DNA of 64,000 bases, taken from NCBI GenBank assembly GCA_965217775.1, contig CBDCJH010000002.1, positions 4,416,001-4,480,000 of the forward strand, given 5' to 3'. Below, one piece after another: positions 17,194-26,531 of the stretch; position 1 is the first letter of the stretch; every line of letters begins with the position of its first letter. Below the pieces are notes generated by a model. It made no database searches. It had not been told where the DNA came from and saw nothing but the letters and a program-made list of their open reading frames with translations. This stretch comes from Acidobacteriota bacterium. Lineage in GTDB: Bacteria > Acidobacteriota > UBA6911 > RPQK01 > JAJDTT01. A program made the position numbers and the translations under genes.

Positions 17194-17727
17194 GCGGCGC
17201 ACGGTGAGCGCCTTGTAGTAGCCGCGGAACTGGCAGTGGTGGGTTCTGGCGGCGGCGTGGGCGCATTCGATGAGGACTTCACGCAGGGTGAGGTTGCCCC
17301 GGCGGGTGCGGCCGTGACGGCGTTTGCCGGCGCTCTGGTTGTTACCCGGACACAGGCCGGCCCAGGCGGCACAATGGCGACGGGAAGCGAACACGCCGAT
17401 GTCGGGGTCGAGTTCGACGAGGATAGCGCTGGCACGGTCGATTCCGGGGATGGTCATCCGCAGATGGATCCGGTCGCGGAACTCAGCAAGTCCGTCCGCG
17501 AGACGCCGGTCGTAGTGGGCGAGGCGCGCGTTGGCGTCGTGGAACGCCCGTAATTGGTCGCGCAGGAGGAAGCGACCGTTCGCATCCAAGTCCGTGGACA
17601 GGGCGTCGCACAGGGATTCCAGATGGCCGCGGACATGGTGCGAGAGGGACGCGAGCAGGTCCACCTTGGATTTGCCTGCGAGCAGACCGTCGAGTAGGCG
17701 CAGGCCGTTGACACCGAACAGGTCCGA
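17194..17727 (-). mobile_element. IS110-family transposase remnant
   Basis: SDLFGVNG...TIPGID...AAWAGLCPGNNQSAGK...RRGN; the N-terminal DEDD domain and the C-terminus are missing. Confidence 0.85.
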
Positions 17728-17814
17728 AGTGAAGCGGAAGCGGCGACCTTCGGACAGCTGCTACCCATCCCGGGGGGATGCCGTACGTTTTGCTGTGCGT
17801 CCACGGTCGAAACG

Positions 17815-17871
17815 GGAACAAGGCGGGGCGCAGGGACGGTCGAATGCCGTGATGACTTTTGCCACGGGCTG
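17815..17871. mobile_element. Partial copy of MITE-1 (one end)
   Basis: gcagggacggtcgaatgccgtgatgacttttgccacgggctg matches the end of the 158-bp element. Confidence 0.8.
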
Positions 17872-18022
17872 TTAAAGCGTCCACTTGGCCGCTTCCGATA
17901 TTCCCCCAACCGGCAACCAGGAGCAACCGTGGCGCCCGGACGCGCTCCTCGTCATTTACATGTTGGACGGGGAGTGCGTGCCGCGCCGATCATGCGCGTT
18001 TTAGACATCTTTGGAGGAAGAA

Positions 18023-18378
18023 TGGTGGAGGCGGTGGGAATCGAACCCACGTCCGGAAGCCTTCGGCCGCAAACTCTACATGCTTATCCAGTTTCCCGAT
18101 TCAACCCAACTGGCATGGAAACTGGAAAAGCCGCCAGCCGGATCGTCCCTCATCAGTGTCTCGGTTCCCCGCCGAGGGAGGGGCGAGGCCCCGACAAGCC
18201 CGCTGAAATGACGCCCCGAACCTCCCTGCGGGCCTGAAGGCCGGAACGACCGCGTTAATTACGCGGCGAGTGCGAACTCATCGTTGGCACTTGTTGTTTT
18301 TGCCACGGATTTACGAGGTGGTGGCACCTCGACATGCATCTACGACCTCAACTACTCCCGTCGAATCCAGTCGCCCCC
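18023..18378 (-). ncRNA. ssrA: tmRNA (transfer-messenger RNA), tag peptide (A)ANDEFALAA at 18259-18288
   Basis: 5' GGGGGCG pairs with 3' CGCCTCC-ACCA (G3.U); T-arm GGTTCGATTCC; tag ORF GCC AAC GAT GAG TTC GCA CTC GCC GCG TAA; 356 nt. Confidence 0.97.
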
Positions 18379-18568
18379 TTTCCTTGTTCTTATCCTATCA
18401 AGACGGCGGTTTACCGTGTCCGGTTGCAAAAAAGAATGACTGTCCCGGCGCATTGCGTATTTCACTCGGGTCTTCGTACGCCGGAATCCGCGGGTGAATG
18501 CTCGCTATGGATCGGGTCGGGATTTCGTAGCGGACCGGCGGCGGCCTCCAGGCTGCTATCATCGTCCC

Positions 18569-19180
18569 GTGCTCAAGATCGGACTCACCGGAGGGATCGC
18601 CTGCGGCAAGAGCTTTGTCCTGAACGAGTTCCGCCAGTTCGGAGTCCACTGCATCGACGCCGACGAGGTGGCCCATCAGGTCATCCTTCCCGGCAAATCC
18701 GCCTACCGGGACATTGTCGAACAGTTCGGCATCCGGATCCTGGGAGATGACGACACCATCGACCGCCGGAAGCTAGGCGCCGCCGTTTTCGGGGACGAGC
18801 GGCAGCGGCAGCGGCTGAACGGCATCGTGCACCCGCGAATCCATCAGGAACTGGACCGGAGGTTGGCCCGGTTGCAGGAGGAGGCAGGGTCGGAGCCGGT
18901 TCTGGCGGTGGTGGACGCGGCTCTCATGGTGGAGACGGGGTCATACCGGAAATATGACTACGTGGTGGTGGTCTCGTGCCGGCCGCGACAGCAGTTGGAG
19001 CGACTTCTGGGGCGCGGGGGTCTGACGAGACAGGAAGCTCAGGTGAGAATCGACTCTCAGATGCCGATTGGGGAGAAGGTCCGGTTCGCCGATTTCGTTA
19101 TTGACAACAGTGGGGATCGGGACCGGACGCGGGATCGGACCCGGGAGGTGTATCGGCAACTGCTGAAACTTGCCCGGTGA
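18569..19180 (+). CDS. coaE: Dephospho-CoA kinase
   Basis: IGLTGGIACGKS, IDAD, LNGIVHP, SQMP, ADFVIDNSG. Confidence 0.95.
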   Translation: MLKIGLTGGIACGKSFVLNEFRQFGVHCIDADEVAHQVILPGKSAYRDIVEQFGIRILGDDDTIDRRKLGAAVFGDERQRQRLNGIVHPRIHQELDRRLARLQEEAGSEPVLAVVDAALMVETGSYRKYDYVVVVSCRPRQQLERLLGRGGLTRQEAQVRIDSQMPIGEKVRFADFVIDNSGDRDRTRDRTREVYRQLLKLAR

Positions 19181-19190
19181 GGAGCTTCTC

Positions 19191-19308
19191 GGAGCGGCGA
19201 CTTTCTTGTCGCCGACCAGGGGGGTCTAGGGGGGACGGAGTCCCCACTCCGCGTAGGGTCTTCCAACCGGGCGAATTGAAGAGTGGGCGACTAGAAATCG
19301 CCCCTCCG
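19191..19308. repeat. REP-like family B cluster between convergent genes
   Basis: ggagcggcgactttcttgtcgcc...gggcgactagaaatcgcccctcc; similar to 43261 and 57792. Confidence 0.8.
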
Positions 19309-20736
19309 GCGGGACTGTAGCCAGGTGAATCCCAGGGTGCCCCAGATCAGACCGTGTTCGGCCAGCCGGGTCCAGGTCCACCAGGCTTCCGGAAGGCTCT
19401 GGTACTCATAGTAGAAGCTGAGGTAATAGAGGCCGGCCGCGCCCGAGAGGAGGACGACGGCGGGCGTTGTCAACGCGAACCGCGGCGTCATCGGTAACAG
19501 TGCCGTCAGCACCACCGCGTACCAGGGAAAGGGCGCGGGCAGGAGGAGGAACCAGAGCAGCAGGATCCACTGGCAGACCTGGATCAGCTCGATCGTTGAC
19601 CCGCGGGACCGAAGGCGGACCCAGGGTACGGCCACGGCGACGACCAGGATCAGGATGCCGCAGGCGATCCGGGGCTGGGGGAGCAGATGTTCCAATAGGT
19701 CGAAGGCGCCTTGATTCATCCTCCAGCTTTCCGCGTAGGTTCTGAGGCCTTTGGTCAGCCGGTCCAGGCCCAGCGGGGAGAAGGGCAGGTACCCCAGCAC
19801 GATCCCTGCGAGCGACGCAGTCGCGAAGGTGAGAGCCTTCTTCCCGCCCGAGACACGCGAGACGAACCTGAAGGCGGCCGGCAACAGGAGGATGGGATAC
19901 AGTTTGGAGAGCACTCCCCCGGCCATGGCCCCGGCGGCCAACAGCCAGCGCCACCCTCCACGAAACTGAACCCGTTCCAGGCTCACTATCAGTAGCACCA
20001 CAAAAAACGCCGGCAAGATGTCTACGTGGACCGAATTGGTGACCTCTTTCAGGACCAGTGGGTTCCAGGCGTACAGGAGCACCCGGGATGGGGATGAGCC
20101 CAGCCGGGTGAGCAGCAGAATTATCAATCCGATGAGGGCCAGATCGGTCAGGGTGAAAAGGACCCGGAGACCGATCCAGTTCCATCCGCTGATCAAGCCT
20201 CCGACGGCGAACGCCGCCTGAGCCGCCGGAGGGTAGAGGGTTGGGACCTCCGCGTATCCGACGCGGGAAATCGTCTCCTGCGCCGTCGGGTCCGACACGG
20301 CCCGTTCCAGAGACTCGGGTGGCAGGAGCGGCAGCTCCAGAGCCGATTGCCGGTATGGATTCTCTCCCGCCAGCAGGACCTGCCCGTCCAACACGTACCG
20401 ATAGACGTCGTTTTCCTGAATCAATCCGGAGGGGAGCAGGAGGAAGCGGGCTACCAGGGCAGTCGCCAGAATCAGGAGAAGCGGCGCATTCCGTTCTCCT
20501 CGGCGAAGCTGAAGGTAACCCAGGAAGAATCCGGCCCAAGCGCAAGCATAGAGCAGGACGAAGGTCAGGATGGGCCGGTCGGCGTGGCCCTCGCCGTAGC
20601 GGAATTGGAAGCTGATCCAGGTCCAGGCGGCGCAAGAGAGAACAACCAGAAGGGAGGCCGCAAGCCAACCCCTCCGGCTCCAGATCGCCCTGATGACCGC
20701 TCCGGTCTCGGACGGAACGGGCCGTGGCCCCGTCAT
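19291..20736 (-). CDS. GT-C fold membrane glycosyltransferase (GT87/DUF2029-like)
   Basis: [29 protein letters not shown]; many TM segments. Confidence 0.75.
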   Translation of the reverse strand: MTGPRPVPSETGAVIRAIWSRRGWLAASLLVVLSCAAWTWISFQFRYGEGHADRPILTFVLLYACAWAGFFLGYLQLRRGERNAPLLLILATALVARFLLLPSGLIQENDVYRYVLDGQVLLAGENPYRQSALELPLLPPESLERAVSDPTAQETISRVGYAEVPTLYPPAAQAAFAVGGLISGWNWIGLRVLFTLTDLALIGLIILLLTRLGSSPSRVLLYAWNPLVLKEVTNSVHVDILPAFFVVLLIVSLERVQFRGGWRWLLAAGAMAGGVLSKLYPILLLPAAFRFVSRVSGGKKALTFATASLAGIVLGYLPFSPLGLDRLTKGLRTYAESWRMNQGAFDLLEHLLPQPRIACGILILVVAVAVPWVRLRSRGSTIELIQVCQWILLLWFLLLPAPFPWYAVVLTALLPMTPRFALTTPAVVLLSGAAGLYYLSFYYEYQSLPEAWWTWTRLAEHGLIWGTLGFTWLQSRRRGDF

Positions 20737-23534
20737 CCAGCCAGAACCTGGCGCAGGGCCTCACCGGTATAGGATCCGGTAAACCCGGCCACGGTTTCCG
20801 GCGGACCGGTGCAGACCACGGTGCCGCCGGCTCTCCCTCCGCCGGGTCCCAGGTCGATGATCCAATCGGCGCTCTTGACCACTTCCAGGTTGTGCTCGAT
20901 GACGATCACCGTGTTCCCCACCTCCACCAGGCGGTGGAGAATTTCCAGAAGCCGCCTCACGTCCTCGAAGTGAAGGCCCGTCGTGGGCTCGTCCAGGATG
21001 TAGACGGTGTTCCCGGTTGCCCTCCGATTGAGCTCGCTGGCCAGTTTCACCCGTTGGGCCTCTCCTCCCGAAAGGGTCGTGGCCGGCTGGCCCAGCCGGA
21101 TGTATCCGAGCCCCACCTCCAACAGGGTGGTCAGACGGGACTTGATGGTGGGGATGTTCTCCAGGAGTTCGCAGGCTTCCTCCACCGTCATGCCCAGCAC
21201 GTCCGAGATGGAGAAGCCGCGGTAGCGAATCGCCCGGGTCTCCCGGTTGTACCGGGTGCCGTTGCAGCTCTCGCACACCACGTGGACGTCGGGCAGGAAG
21301 TTCATCTCGATCTTGCTCAATCCGTTGCCCCGACAGGCTTCACACCGTCCGCCCGCCACGTTGAAGCTGAAACGGCCGGGTTTGTAACCTCGGGAACGGG
21401 ACTCGGGCAGGAGGGAAAAGAGTTGCCGAATGGGAGTGAAGACGCCGGTGTAGGTGGCCGGGTTCGACCGCGGGGTGCGGCCGATGGGCGACTGGTCGAT
21501 CTCGATGACCTTGTCCACGTGCTCCAGGCCCCGGATCTCCCGATGGGGACCCGGCTCCGCAAACGAACCGTAGAGCTTCCGGCTCAGGGCCCGGTGCAGC
21601 ACTTCGCTCACCAGGGACGACTTGCCCGAGCCCGAGACGCCCGTCACCAGGACCAACCGTCCCAGCGGGAAGCTGACATCAATGTCCCGGAGGTTGTTGT
21701 GGGTCGCGCCCAGGACTTCGATGGACCGGGGCTCTCCGGTGTGGCTCCTCTGGGGAGGTTCGATCCGGCGGGTTCCCCGAAGGTACGACGCGGTCAGGGA
21801 GTCGGGGTGGCGGAGAATCTCCTGGAGGCTGCCGGCGGCCACCACCTGACCGCCGTGGCCGGCGGCGCCCGGTCCCAGGTCGACCACGAAGTCGCCGTTG
21901 CGGATGGTCTCCTCGTCGTGCTCCACGATGAGGATCGTGTTTCCCAGGTCCCGGAGTTGGCGCAGGCTGGACAACAGACTCGCCACGTCCCGCGGGTGGA
22001 GGCCCACGGAGGGTTCGTCCAGGACGTAGAGGACGCCGCGGAGCCGGGAGCCCACCTGGGTGGCCAGTCTCACCCGTTGCGCTTCCCCGCCCGAGAGCGA
22101 AGCCGCCTTCCGGTCCAGAGTCAGGTAGGAGAGGCCCACTTGCAGCAGAAACCGGACCCGGTGTTGGATCTCTTCCAGGACCGGTCCGGCGATGGACTCC
22201 TGGCGGGGGTTGAGCCGAATGGCCTCCAGAGCCGGCAGGCACTCGTCCAGCGGCAGCCGGCAGTATTCCGATATGGAGCGCCCCTGAATGCGCACCGCCC
22301 GGCTCTCGGGACGCAGCCGGCTTCCGTCGCAGGCCGGACAATCCCCCTCGACCATGAAGCTCAGGTACCGCTGTTTCCTCTTATCGCTTCCCGTGGCCCG
22401 GAGCTTTTTCTGAAACCAACGCTCCAACCCCGGGAAGCGCGCCGGATAGGTCAGTTCCCCGTAGCGGAAGAGAATCGGTTTGTCGAGACCCGAGCGCAGG
22501 GCCTTCCAGACTCGGTCGGGAACCTGCCGGAGAGGGACTTCAGGATCCAGGGAGAAGTGCTCCAGGAGGGCTCGGAGAGATTGCCGCAAGAACCGTTTGA
22601 GGTCGCGGTCGGGCAGTTCCACCGAGAGGGTATCCACGGTGGCGTCGCGGTCCGGGATCAAGCGCCTCAAATTGACTCGGAGCTGAATTCCCAACCCCTC
22701 GCATTCGGAGCAGGCGCCGAAACGGCTGTTGAAGGAGAAGCTGCGAGGCTCCAACTCCGGCATGCTGATTCCACAACGGACACACGCGGCCCGCTCCGAG
22801 AATAGGAGATCGGGTCCGCCCCAGGGAGAGAAGGCCACCAACCCGTCGGCCATCTCGACCGCGTGTTGAACCGAATTCCGGATTCGGACCCGGGATTGCT
22901 CCAGAACCTGAAGCCGGTCCACGACGACCTCGACCGTGTGGTTCTTCCTCTTGTCCAACTCGGGAGGTTCCTCCAGGTACTCCATGAACCCGTCCACCCG
23001 CGCCCGCAGGTATCCCTCCCTCCGGTACCGTTCGAACAACTTCTTGAATTCGCCCTTCCGGTCCCGGACCAACGGAGCCAGGATCATGCCCCGTTTCCTG
23101 GGCGCGTCCGCCAGGATCTGCGAGACGATCTGATCCACCGACTGCCGGGTGATGGGGCGGTCGCACCGAGGGCAACTGGGCGTGCCGATGCTGGAGAAGA
23201 GGAGCCGCAGGTAGTCGTAGACTTCGGTGATGGTTCCCACGGTGGAGCGGGGGCTCCGGGTGGTGGTCTTCTGCTCGATGGAGATGGCAGGCGACAGCCC
23301 TTCGATGGAGTCAACGTCCGGCTTCTCCATCTTCTCCAGGAACTGGCGGGCGTAGGTGGAGAGAGATTCGATGTAGCGCCGCTGTCCCTCGGCATAGAGG
23401 GTGTCGAAGGCCAAGCTCGACTTTCCCGAGCCGCTGAGGCCGGTGATGACGGTGATCCGGTTTCTGGGCAGATCCAGATCGACGTTCTTCAGGTTATGCT
23501 GCCGGGCGCCGCGAACGGAGACGTAGTCGGTCAC
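20733..23534 (-). CDS. uvrA: Excinuclease ABC subunit A
   Basis: [10 protein letters not shown], two GxSGSGKS motifs, two LSGGEAQR motifs, zinc fingers. Confidence 0.97.
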   Translation of the reverse strand: MTDYVSVRGARQHNLKNVDLDLPRNRITVITGLSGSGKSSLAFDTLYAEGQRRYIESLSTYARQFLEKMEKPDVDSIEGLSPAISIEQKTTTRSPRSTVGTITEVYDYLRLLFSSIGTPSCPRCDRPITRQSVDQIVSQILADAPRKRGMILAPLVRDRKGEFKKLFERYRREGYLRARVDGFMEYLEEPPELDKRKNHTVEVVVDRLQVLEQSRVRIRNSVQHAVEMADGLVAFSPWGGPDLLFSERAACVRCGISMPELEPRSFSFNSRFGACSECEGLGIQLRVNLRRLIPDRDATVDTLSVELPDRDLKRFLRQSLRALLEHFSLDPEVPLRQVPDRVWKALRSGLDKPILFRYGELTYPARFPGLERWFQKKLRATGSDKRKQRYLSFMVEGDCPACDGSRLRPESRAVRIQGRSISEYCRLPLDECLPALEAIRLNPRQESIAGPVLEEIQHRVRFLLQVGLSYLTLDRKAASLSGGEAQRVRLATQVGSRLRGVLYVLDEPSVGLHPRDVASLLSSLRQLRDLGNTILIVEHDEETIRNGDFVVDLGPGAAGHGGQVVAAGSLQEILRHPDSLTASYLRGTRRIEPPQRSHTGEPRSIEVLGATHNNLRDIDVSFPLGRLVLVTGVSGSGKSSLVSEVLHRALSRKLYGSFAEPGPHREIRGLEHVDKVIEIDQSPIGRTPRSNPATYTGVFTPIRQLFSLLPESRSRGYKPGRFSFNVAGGRCEACRGNGLSKIEMNFLPDVHVVCESCNGTRYNRETRAIRYRGFSISDVLGMTVEEACELLENIPTIKSRLTTLLEVGLGYIRLGQPATTLSGGEAQRVKLASELNRRATGNTVYILDEPTTGLHFEDVRRLLEILHRLVEVGNTVIVIEHNLEVVKSADWIIDLGPGGGRAGGTVVCTGPPETVAGFTGSYTGEALRQVLAG

Positions 23535-23541
23535 GGTTTAT

Positions 23542-23669
23542 GTAGGGGCGCCCCTTGTGGGCGCCCTCCTTCGTCCATTGAAGAGCGGTGGCTATCCGGT
23601 CGTCCCTTCGCCCATGTTCGCCTGTTCGATTGGCGCCTGGGGAGGTCGGCGGCTGGAAACCGCCGCTCC
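23542..23669. repeat. REP-like palindromes (family A 23542-23568; family B 23646-23669)
   Basis: gtaggggcgccccttgtgggcgccctc; tcggcggctggaaaccgccgctcc. Confidence 0.8.
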
Positions 23670-23672
23670 TGG

Positions 23673-25076
23673 TCACGGCAGCCGCAGGCGATAGGTCCGG
23701 AGCTGGCCTCCCCGAAGATAATGCAGAATCAGAAATCCATCCACCCCCGTCTGGGAGGTCCTGTGCAGATCGACCGCAGATGCTACGGGCTGGCCATTGA
23801 CCCGGATCAGGATATCTCCGCTACGGAGACCTGCCCGGTACCCGATGCCTTCGATCCCCACCGATTTTACCCGGAGTCCTCTCTCGATCGGTCCCGAGGC
23901 CCCAACCATTCCCTCCGGCACCCAGGGATCGACGGCCAGTCCCAGACCGCGTGGAATCGGCACCAGCACCCGCTGTAGAAACAACTCCTCGATCAGACGG
24001 CCGCCGGCGACGGCGGGCAACTCCAATCGCCAAGCGAGATGCGAATGCAGAGGGGGTCTCGGAGCCAAGGTGGCCTCGACTTGCCGGGTGACGCCTCCCC
24101 GCCGGACCACCAGATCCAGCCGCGATCCGGGCTCCCTTCGGCGGATGGCCTCCAGAAGACCCTCCAGCGACGGAGCTTGCCGCTCCGCTACTTTCAACAC
24201 CACGTCCCCCGACTGGAGTCCGGCCTGCGCCGCCGGGCTCCCGGGCTCGATGCCGTCGATCTGCGGCCCGCCTCCGCCCGCTCTCACGTAGACTCCCAAC
24301 CAACCCGAACGGACGTGACCGTTTCGGGACACCACCTGCCGCGTGGACTGTTGCACCATCGACCAGGGGAGAACCCGGCAGCTCAGGCTCCGCCCCAGCG
24401 GATGCCGGCTCACGCGAGTCACCAGCCCCAGGACCCGTTGGTCGAGATCCAGCAGGAATCCACCCTCCCAGAGGTCCGCCTCGTGGGGCACTTCCCGAGG
24501 CCTCAACAGGACCGTCCTCTCGGGGACCGCCTGCCCCGTTTCCCAGCGGAGAATCTTGCAGGAGAGGACGTTCCAACCAGACTCTCCAACGTAGGCCATG
24601 CGCACCTGGTTCGGGTTGGCTGCTGTCGGCGCGGGCTGAACCGGCCGAAATGGACCGGCGTGTTCCAGAACCGCCAGACTCATCCGTTCGTTCACTCCCA
24701 CCAGCCGAAGTGGAGTTGGGTCCGCCTCTCCCGGTCTCAGAACGATCTCCACGGCAGGATGGTCGAGATCGATGCCGTGGCTGCCCAGATAGGAAACGAT
24801 GTGTCCGGAGTCGAGATAGGCACCTTCCAGGAGGACCGTCTCGTGCACCTGCACCTGGGGCAGCATTCCGTCCTGGAAGACGACGCCGTGGAATCGACGT
24901 CCCATGGAGAGCCGGACCATGGAATCCTGGACCGATTCGGATGGTGCGGCCTCGGCAGCGGCAGAACTGGCCAACGCCAGCACTACCAGCACCGTTGCCA
25001 TCACGGCAGCCGGAGAAAGGGTCAGGCGTTTCAAGAGATTCAGGAGTCTGGTGTCGCCGAATAAGTTGGAGGCCAT
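23673..25076 (-). CDS. HtrA-like two-PDZ protein with degenerate protease domain
   Basis: Signal/TM segment; GWLGV, PGSPAAQAGLQSGDVV, AGLRSGDILIRVNG; no GNSGG motif. Confidence 0.75.
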   Translation of the reverse strand: MASNLFGDTRLLNLLKRLTLSPAAVMATVLVVLALASSAAAEAAPSESVQDSMVRLSMGRRFHGVVFQDGMLPQVQVHETVLLEGAYLDSGHIVSYLGSHGIDLDHPAVEIVLRPGEADPTPLRLVGVNERMSLAVLEHAGPFRPVQPAPTAANPNQVRMAYVGESGWNVLSCKILRWETGQAVPERTVLLRPREVPHEADLWEGGFLLDLDQRVLGLVTRVSRHPLGRSLSCRVLPWSMVQQSTRQVVSRNGHVRSGWLGVYVRAGGGGPQIDGIEPGSPAAQAGLQSGDVVLKVAERQAPSLEGLLEAIRRREPGSRLDLVVRRGGVTRQVEATLAPRPPLHSHLAWRLELPAVAGGRLIEELFLQRVLVPIPRGLGLAVDPWVPEGMVGASGPIERGLRVKSVGIEGIGYRAGLRSGDILIRVNGQPVASAVDLHRTSQTGVDGFLILHYLRGGQLRTYRLRLP

Positions 25077-25153
25077 GAGATCGAAGCGAACCACAAGCAT
25101 CCACGAACACCAATTCCTCACCGGGGGAACGATGAGGAACTCGGGTCGGACTC

Positions 25154-25708
25154 CTAGTGGCTGACCCGTTGCCAGTAGAGCCCGTGATGCAGATCGCTGG
25201 TGCGTACCTCGACGGTGCGGGGCACCCGCACCAGAACCGGTGTTCCGGAAGAGTCTTCCACGCGGAGCTCGATATAGGAGGAGGACACCGGCTGGTCTTC
25301 CTTGACCCAACGATGAAGGTCTTCTCGCTGGAAACGGTTCCGGACCCGATCCCGGGATCTCTCCGACCGCCGCGACTCCACGACCTCGCCTTCACCGGCG
25401 CTGGAAAGCTCCGCCGTTTCGGTCGGAACCAAGGCTCCGCTGGTCATGAACAGCATCACCGAAGCCAGCCCCCCCAGCAGGAGGCGTGCCAAATCACCGC
25501 TGGACATGGAGCTTCCCGCGATCTTGCGGTAGAAGTCCGGCGGCGCTTTCACCCCCTGTCTGAGTGAGCGATTCATTTTCTCCAGGACCGCAAGATCCTC
25601 ATACAGTCCGCGGCAACCGGAGCACTCATGAAGGTGAGCCAAGACCCTGGCTTCCTGGACGTTCGTCCCCTCGTCCAGCAGCTTTTCCTCGATCTCCCGG
25701 CAGTTCAT
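25154..25708 (-). CDS. Zinc-binding (zf-HC2) anti-sigma factor
   Basis: MNC...HLHECSGC, one TM segment; coupled to the sigma gene. Confidence 0.8.
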   Translation of the reverse strand: MNCREIEEKLLDEGTNVQEARVLAHLHECSGCRGLYEDLAVLEKMNRSLRQGVKAPPDFYRKIAGSSMSSGDLARLLLGGLASVMLFMTSGALVPTETAELSSAGEGEVVESRRSERSRDRVRNRFQREDLHRWVKEDQPVSSSYIELRVEDSSGTPVLVRVPRTVEVRTSDLHHGLYWQRVSH

Positions 25709-26289
25709 AGAAACCTGGAAAGCTTGTCTCGAAGCAGCCGCTTGGCCCGGTGGAGCCTCGACTTGACGGTCCCCACCGAAAGGTTCAACACGGTCCCCGT
25801 TTCCTGCAGCGACAGCTCCTGGACCTCCTTGAGAACGAAGACCAGGCGATAGCGCGGGGGCAACGAGTCGATGGCGGTACGCAGCAACCGAGCCTTCTCC
25901 TTGCTGCCCAGATTGGCTTCGGGTGAAGGCCGGCCGTCGCTGACCTGGAGTTCCATTTCTCCCTGTTCGGAGTTACCGAAGAGCCGCTGGGTCAGAAAGA
26001 AACCCCGGCGCTTTCTCCGCCGCATCTCGTCCAGGGTGAGGTTGGTGGCAATCTTGTAGATCCAGGTCGAGAACCGGTATTTGCCCTTGTACCGGTGAGC
26101 ATGGCGGAAGACCCGGATGAAAGTTTCCTGCGAGATGTCCACCGCCTGATCGTAGTCGCGGATGAGATTGTAGATGTAATTGACTAGCCGGTCCTGGTAG
26201 CGGTCTACCAGGATCTGAAAAGCGTATTCATCGCCCTTCAGATAGGCGACGATGAGGGCGTTATCGGCAAATGTCAGAGTGGTGGTCAA
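25705..26289 (-). CDS. ECF RNA polymerase sigma factor
   Basis: QETFIRVF, FSTWIYKIATN, GTVKSRLHRAK. Confidence 0.93.
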   Translation of the reverse strand: MTTTLTFADNALIVAYLKGDEYAFQILVDRYQDRLVNYIYNLIRDYDQAVDISQETFIRVFRHAHRYKGKYRFSTWIYKIATNLTLDEMRRRKRRGFFLTQRLFGNSEQGEMELQVSDGRPSPEANLGSKEKARLLRTAIDSLPPRYRLVFVLKEVQELSLQETGTVLNLSVGTVKSRLHRAKRLLRDKLSRFL

Positions 26290-26312
26290 TTTTTCAACCT
26301 CCCTTTCTAACT

Positions 26313-26340
26313 AAGACGGCAAAATAGGCCGATTTGTTCC
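26313..26340 (-). promoter_or_regulatory. Putative autoregulatory ECF promoter
   Basis: Minus strand GGAAC-N17-CGTCT upstream of the GGAGG RBS of the sigma gene. Confidence 0.6.
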
Positions 26341-26389
26341 AACTAAATTCGTTTCGAGTTGAATTCTTGCTTTTTAGGGGTTCCCCCAA

Positions 26390-26531
26390 TAGGAGGGGCG
26401 ACTTGGAAGGGCGACTTGCCAACCGCGCCTGTGGCGATGCGTCCGCTCGCTGGTCGGTGGATTGGTACACTGGAGTTCGGCGGCAAGAAAGCCGCCGGTC
26501 CCAGTGGGCGACAAGAATGTCGCCCCTCCTG
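26390..26531. repeat. REP-like family B cluster
   Basis: cggcggcaagaaagccgccg; gggcgacaagaatgtcgcccctcc. Confidence 0.75.

Noticed and set aside
16861-17664. 267-aa ORF as a single real gene
   Set aside because: Chimera of an IS110 remnant, an operator and brnT.
1-18000. Prophage or ICE
   Set aside because: No structural, replication, conjugation or integrase genes were recognised.
18023-18100. Stand-alone tRNA gene
   Set aside because: It is the tRNA-like 3' domain of tmRNA; the 5' end and tag ORF are present.
20724-22805. Long antisense ORFs (also 26334-28871, 33020-34555, the 5' part of 42042-44846, 55741-57684 and others)
   Set aside because: Shadow or alternative frames of clear genes in high-GC DNA, with no recognisable motifs.
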